Below, piece by piece: positions 61,121 through 64,000 of a stretch of 64,000 bases of DNA. The stretch comes from an uncultured delta proteobacterium (GTDB lineage Bacteria; Desulfobacterota; Syntrophobacteria; BM002). Where the stretch lies: the NCBI GenBank assembly GCA_963712115.1, contig CAVQGX010000019.1, forward strand, positions 1 to 64,000. The letters run 5' to 3'. Below the pieces are notes generated by a model, which was not told where the DNA came from, did not search any database, and saw only the letters and a list, made by a program, of their open reading frames with translations. A program made the translations under genes and the position numbers. Position 1 is the first letter of the stretch. Each line of letters starts with the position of its first letter.

Positions 61121-61953
61121 GATGCTGAAGTGTCCAGAAAGTGGCGGATAGCCATTTCCACCTCCTCAAGCGGCAACCCGGTATTGAAACAGGGACCGAA
61201 GGGGCGGCGGTTGAAAATGCCGTAAACCGGCAAAGGATAAGTATCCTGTATTCCACTGGTAAGATCACGTTCGCAGGCTACGGCTATAATGAGCTTTGGT
61301 CTCTTCTGAACCACAATGCGCCGAGCAATAGTACCACCGGTGGCTACTGCCAGCTCTACGTCGTATTTATGCGCGATTACCAGAAGCTCCTTTATAGGGC
61401 ATTTGCCGCAACCCTCGCAATTCTCCACATTCCCGGTAATTTTCACTCGGCAGTCGTGGTTCTGCAGGCAGTGGGGCATTAGTAAGAGTAGGCGGGATGG
61501 CCCCATCTTCACATCTTGAGCCAGAATCAGTTGATTGTTTATGGCAACAAAGGAATGACTGATTTTTTCTCTGGAGAGGCCAAAAAGTTTACCCATTACA
61601 ACAAGCAGCGGAAATAAAATTTTGACTACCGCTCCCCGGAGTTTCCGCGAAAGGATAAAATCGCGCCCTGCCAAAATAGTCAAAGTCAAAAGTACTGAGC
61701 CGGCAGCTACCGCGAGCACAACCAGACCCAGTATTACCGCCAAGATGAGCGGCAAATATGGATGGATATTCCGCAGTCCCACAAAGGGAACCCACCACAG
61801 CACGTAGGCCAAGCCAGCGAGAATAAAACAGGTCACCGCCAACAGTCCGATAAAAATCCGCTTTTGCGGCTTTTCCGGAATCTGGCTAGCCTCACTGAGT
61901 GCTTCTTTGGTGATAGTTGAGAGTTTTTCTTTTGACTCTAATACTTCACTCAC
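61117..61953 (-). CDS. DUF116 membrane protein
   Basis: LMPHCL, CEGCGKC, ATGGTIAR, AVACERDL. Confidence 0.88.
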   Translation of the reverse strand: MSEVLESKEKLSTITKEALSEASQIPEKPQKRIFIGLLAVTCFILAGLAYVLWWVPFVGLRNIHPYLPLILAVILGLVVLAVAAGSVLLTLTILAGRDFILSRKLRGAVVKILFPLLVVMGKLFGLSREKISHSFVAINNQLILAQDVKMGPSRLLLLMPHCLQNHDCRVKITGNVENCEGCGKCPIKELLVIAHKYDVELAVATGGTIARRIVVQKRPKLIIAVACERDLTSGIQDTYPLPVYGIFNRRPFGPCFNTGLPLEEVEMAIRHFLDTSAS

Positions 61954-62890
61954 CGAATCTGGTCTCCACTTGAAGGGAATATCCTCTGAGAAAATCTGCC
62001 ACCGGAAGAGAACGGCGGCCCTCGAGCTGCAAGGTCTTGATGAGTGCCACCCCTTTTCCGCTAGCTACCTGCAAGCCCCCTTCATCCGCTGCAATCACCG
62101 TGCCCGGCTTGGCCTGCGTTGACACCGCCAAAGACTGACAGCCAAAGAGCTTCAATCGCTTTCCCTGCCACAAGGTAAACCCACCAGGCCAGGGATCCAA
62201 TCCGCGAATGCGACAACAGATTTTCTTTGCCTCTTCGTTCCAGTCAATCTCACCATCTTCTTTGACAAGCATGGGCGCGTAAGTAGCCTGAGAATCGTCC
62301 TGTGCTCTTGGTTTCAGCTTACCCTTTTTCAACAAATGAAGGGTCTCCACCAGCAATTTGGCCCCTGCCTCGGCCAAACGATCATGCAGGGTACCAGCCG
62401 TATCTTTTGGCTCGATTGGCACCTCACTCTGCAAAAGAATATCGCCGGTGTCCATACCTATGTCCATGAGCATTGTGGTAATCCCGGTTTTCTCTTCGCC
62501 CCGAATCAAGGCCCAATTAATAGGTGCTGGTCCCCGGTATTTTGGCAAAATTGATGCATGAACATTTACGGCTCCCAAATGGGGCAATGCCAAAATTTCG
62601 GCTGATAGCAACTGACCGTACGCCACCACCACTATGCAAGCCGGAGCCAAATTAGCAATTCGTTCAATGGCCTCAACACTCTTCACTTTTTGCGGCTGAT
62701 AAACCGGAATCCCTTCTGCCTCGGCCAGCAGTTTCACCGGTGGGGCTACCATTTTCCTGCCCCGGCCCCTGGGCCTGTCTGGCTGAGTTACCACAAGTGA
62801 GATAGGGGCTCCTGCAGCGATCAGTTCCTTCAGGCTTGGTAGGGCAAACTCTGGAGTACCCATAAAAACCAGGGTTGGTAAATCGTACAC
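61946..62890 (-). CDS. fmt: Methionyl-tRNA formyltransferase
   Basis: FMGTPEF, TQPDRP.GRG, NVHASILPKYRG, MDTGD; GTG 62890 with GGAG RBS. Confidence 0.97.
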   Translation of the reverse strand: MYDLPTLVFMGTPEFALPSLKELIAAGAPISLVVTQPDRPRGRGRKMVAPPVKLLAEAEGIPVYQPQKVKSVEAIERIANLAPACIVVVAYGQLLSAEILALPHLGAVNVHASILPKYRGPAPINWALIRGEEKTGITTMLMDIGMDTGDILLQSEVPIEPKDTAGTLHDRLAEAGAKLLVETLHLLKKGKLKPRAQDDSQATYAPMLVKEDGEIDWNEEAKKICCRIRGLDPWPGGFTLWQGKRLKLFGCQSLAVSTQAKPGTVIAADEGGLQVASGKGVALIKTLQLEGRRSLPVADFLRGYSLQVETRFGE

Positions 62891-62941
62891 CCTATAAGCT
62901 CCATGCATAGCAGGACTAATATTCGACCAACTTGTTGATGA

Positions 62942-63143
62942 TAAACCTAATGTTGTATACCTAGACCGGCAAAAACCGCTGCGCTCGCGCGATAGTCCCG
63001 CCCATGGCGGGACGGCTGTGCTCGACTCGGACAGGGCTTCACGTACGGTCAAGTACGCCTCGACCTGTCCAAGCCTGTGCGCAGCCACATCTGTTGCACT
63101 CTTGCGCGTTTTTCCTCGACATAGGTATACAACATTAGGTTTA
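62942..63143 (-). mobile_element. MITE family D between def and fmt
   Basis: Perfect 22-bp TIR taaacctaatgttgtataccta (62942-62963) / taggtatacaacattaggttta (63122-63143), which includes the def stop codon. Confidence 0.8.
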
Positions 63144-63653
63144 AGACTGCTCCTTGGCGAGTTGTTTCCTCACCTTCCTTTTATAAAGATCGCGTTTCAA
63201 CTTACTCAAGCGATCAATAAAGAGCATACCGTTAAGGTGGTCAATTTCGTGCTGAAGTACAACGGCCAAAAGACCCTCGGCCTCTATCTCCACCTCTTCT
63301 CCTTTGAGATTGAGCCCCCGCACCGTAATTTTTTCATGTCGTTTTACTTCGGCCTGGTAATCCGGCACGCTCAAACATCCTTCCTCAAAGATCACCTCCC
63401 CTTCGGCGGCGACTATTTCGGGGTTGATGAGGACAATAAGTTCTGATTCGGGCCTACGAGGAGCCATGTCGGCCACGAGCACCTGCTTGGCCACTCCTAC
63501 CTGAGTGGCCGCCAAGCCGATACCCGGTGCACTGTACATGGTTTCGGCCATATGGTCGACTAACTTAACCACCTCCTCATCGATCTCGGTGATGGGTTCG
63601 GCTCGCTGGCGCAATATTTCCTCGGGGTAGGTGCAAATGTGAAGAATAGCCAT
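63141..63653 (-). CDS. def: Peptide deformylase
   Basis: GIGLAATQVG, EGCLS, HEIDH. Confidence 0.98.
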   Translation of the reverse strand: MAILHICTYPEEILRQRAEPITEIDEEVVKLVDHMAETMYSAPGIGLAATQVGVAKQVLVADMAPRRPESELIVLINPEIVAAEGEVIFEEGCLSVPDYQAEVKRHEKITVRGLNLKGEEVEIEAEGLLAVVLQHEIDHLNGMLFIDRLSKLKRDLYKRKVRKQLAKEQS

Positions 63654-63769
63654 GGTCACACTCCGCTTAATAAACAAAGTCTATCTGCCGGTACAATAAC
63701 TTTTTAATATATAGCAAAAACTGAAAAGCATCAATGGACAGGAGCCACAGGAGTTCCCCCAAAAATCTA

Positions 63770-63798
63770 TTTGTGACATAGGCCACGGGAAAACTACT
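63770..63798 (+). promoter_or_regulatory. CRP/FNR-like box, copy 2
   Basis: TTTGTGACATAGGCCACGGGAAAACTACT. Confidence 0.55.
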
Positions 63799-64000
63799 GA
63801 GAGAAGAAGCAGTCTTTTTTGCCTTCTTGGGGTAGGTTGATTGGGGACCGAAAGGTCTAAAACCTATCACAGCGGATGTGTGACAATTCAGCCTCAAATT
63901 CATCGTCCATAGCTTCAACGAATTTTTCCAGAGGATATCTCTCGCCGCAAGACCTGCAGCGCAAGTCAACCCTCCGTCAGGACCTGTGTACATGGAGAGG

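Noticed and set aside
7932-61807. Numerous antisense and alternate-frame ORFs in the six-frame track (e.g. 16492..17103, 24622..25125, 55880..56416)
   Set aside because: Shadows of well-supported genes with no recognisable motifs
62891-63088. 66-aa N-terminal extension of Fmt in the ORF track
   Set aside because: Derived from the MITE and spacer; GTG at 62890 has an RBS and matches the normal Fmt start
52178-63653. Firmicutes-like gene order (tmk-holB-ricT-metG; PASTA gene between rsmB and rpe) as recent horizontal transfer
   Set aside because: From recall this order is common in Deltaproteobacteria; no compositional break or mobility genes visible

Overview
Chromosomal window from a bacterium that looks like Desulfobacterota (Deltaproteobacteria), inferred from gene content and order. 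Most of it is housekeeping: ftsEX-envC-ctpA-divergent deacetylase, tolC, thiD, a second sigma-70, a DRG-like GTPase, EndoQ-UvrD-recG, a nucleoside transporter, fdhD-desulfurase-mobB-mobA-moeA, lgt, a TrxB-like enzyme, yhaM-tmk-holB-ricT-metG, def-fmt-DUF116-rsmB-PASTA-rpe, tRNA-Thr(CGT), and the start of a polysaccharide operon at the left edge. The strongest candidate for an undescribed system is a tandem pair of ~1430-aa NLR-like proteins (GGDEF + STAND NTPase + duplicated 'KLYP' domain + HEAT repeats) behind a sigma-54-type promoter. Other leads are beta-clamp motifs on both EndoQ and UvrD, a candidate FmdB-type selenoprotein with a SECIS-like hairpin, an attenuator-like leader before a DUF4198 gene, and several families of hairpin MITEs with a shared apical motif and covarying termini. 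Several genes carry single-base frameshifts that are probably sequencing or assembly errors. All family calls come from motif recognition by eye; no database searches were run.
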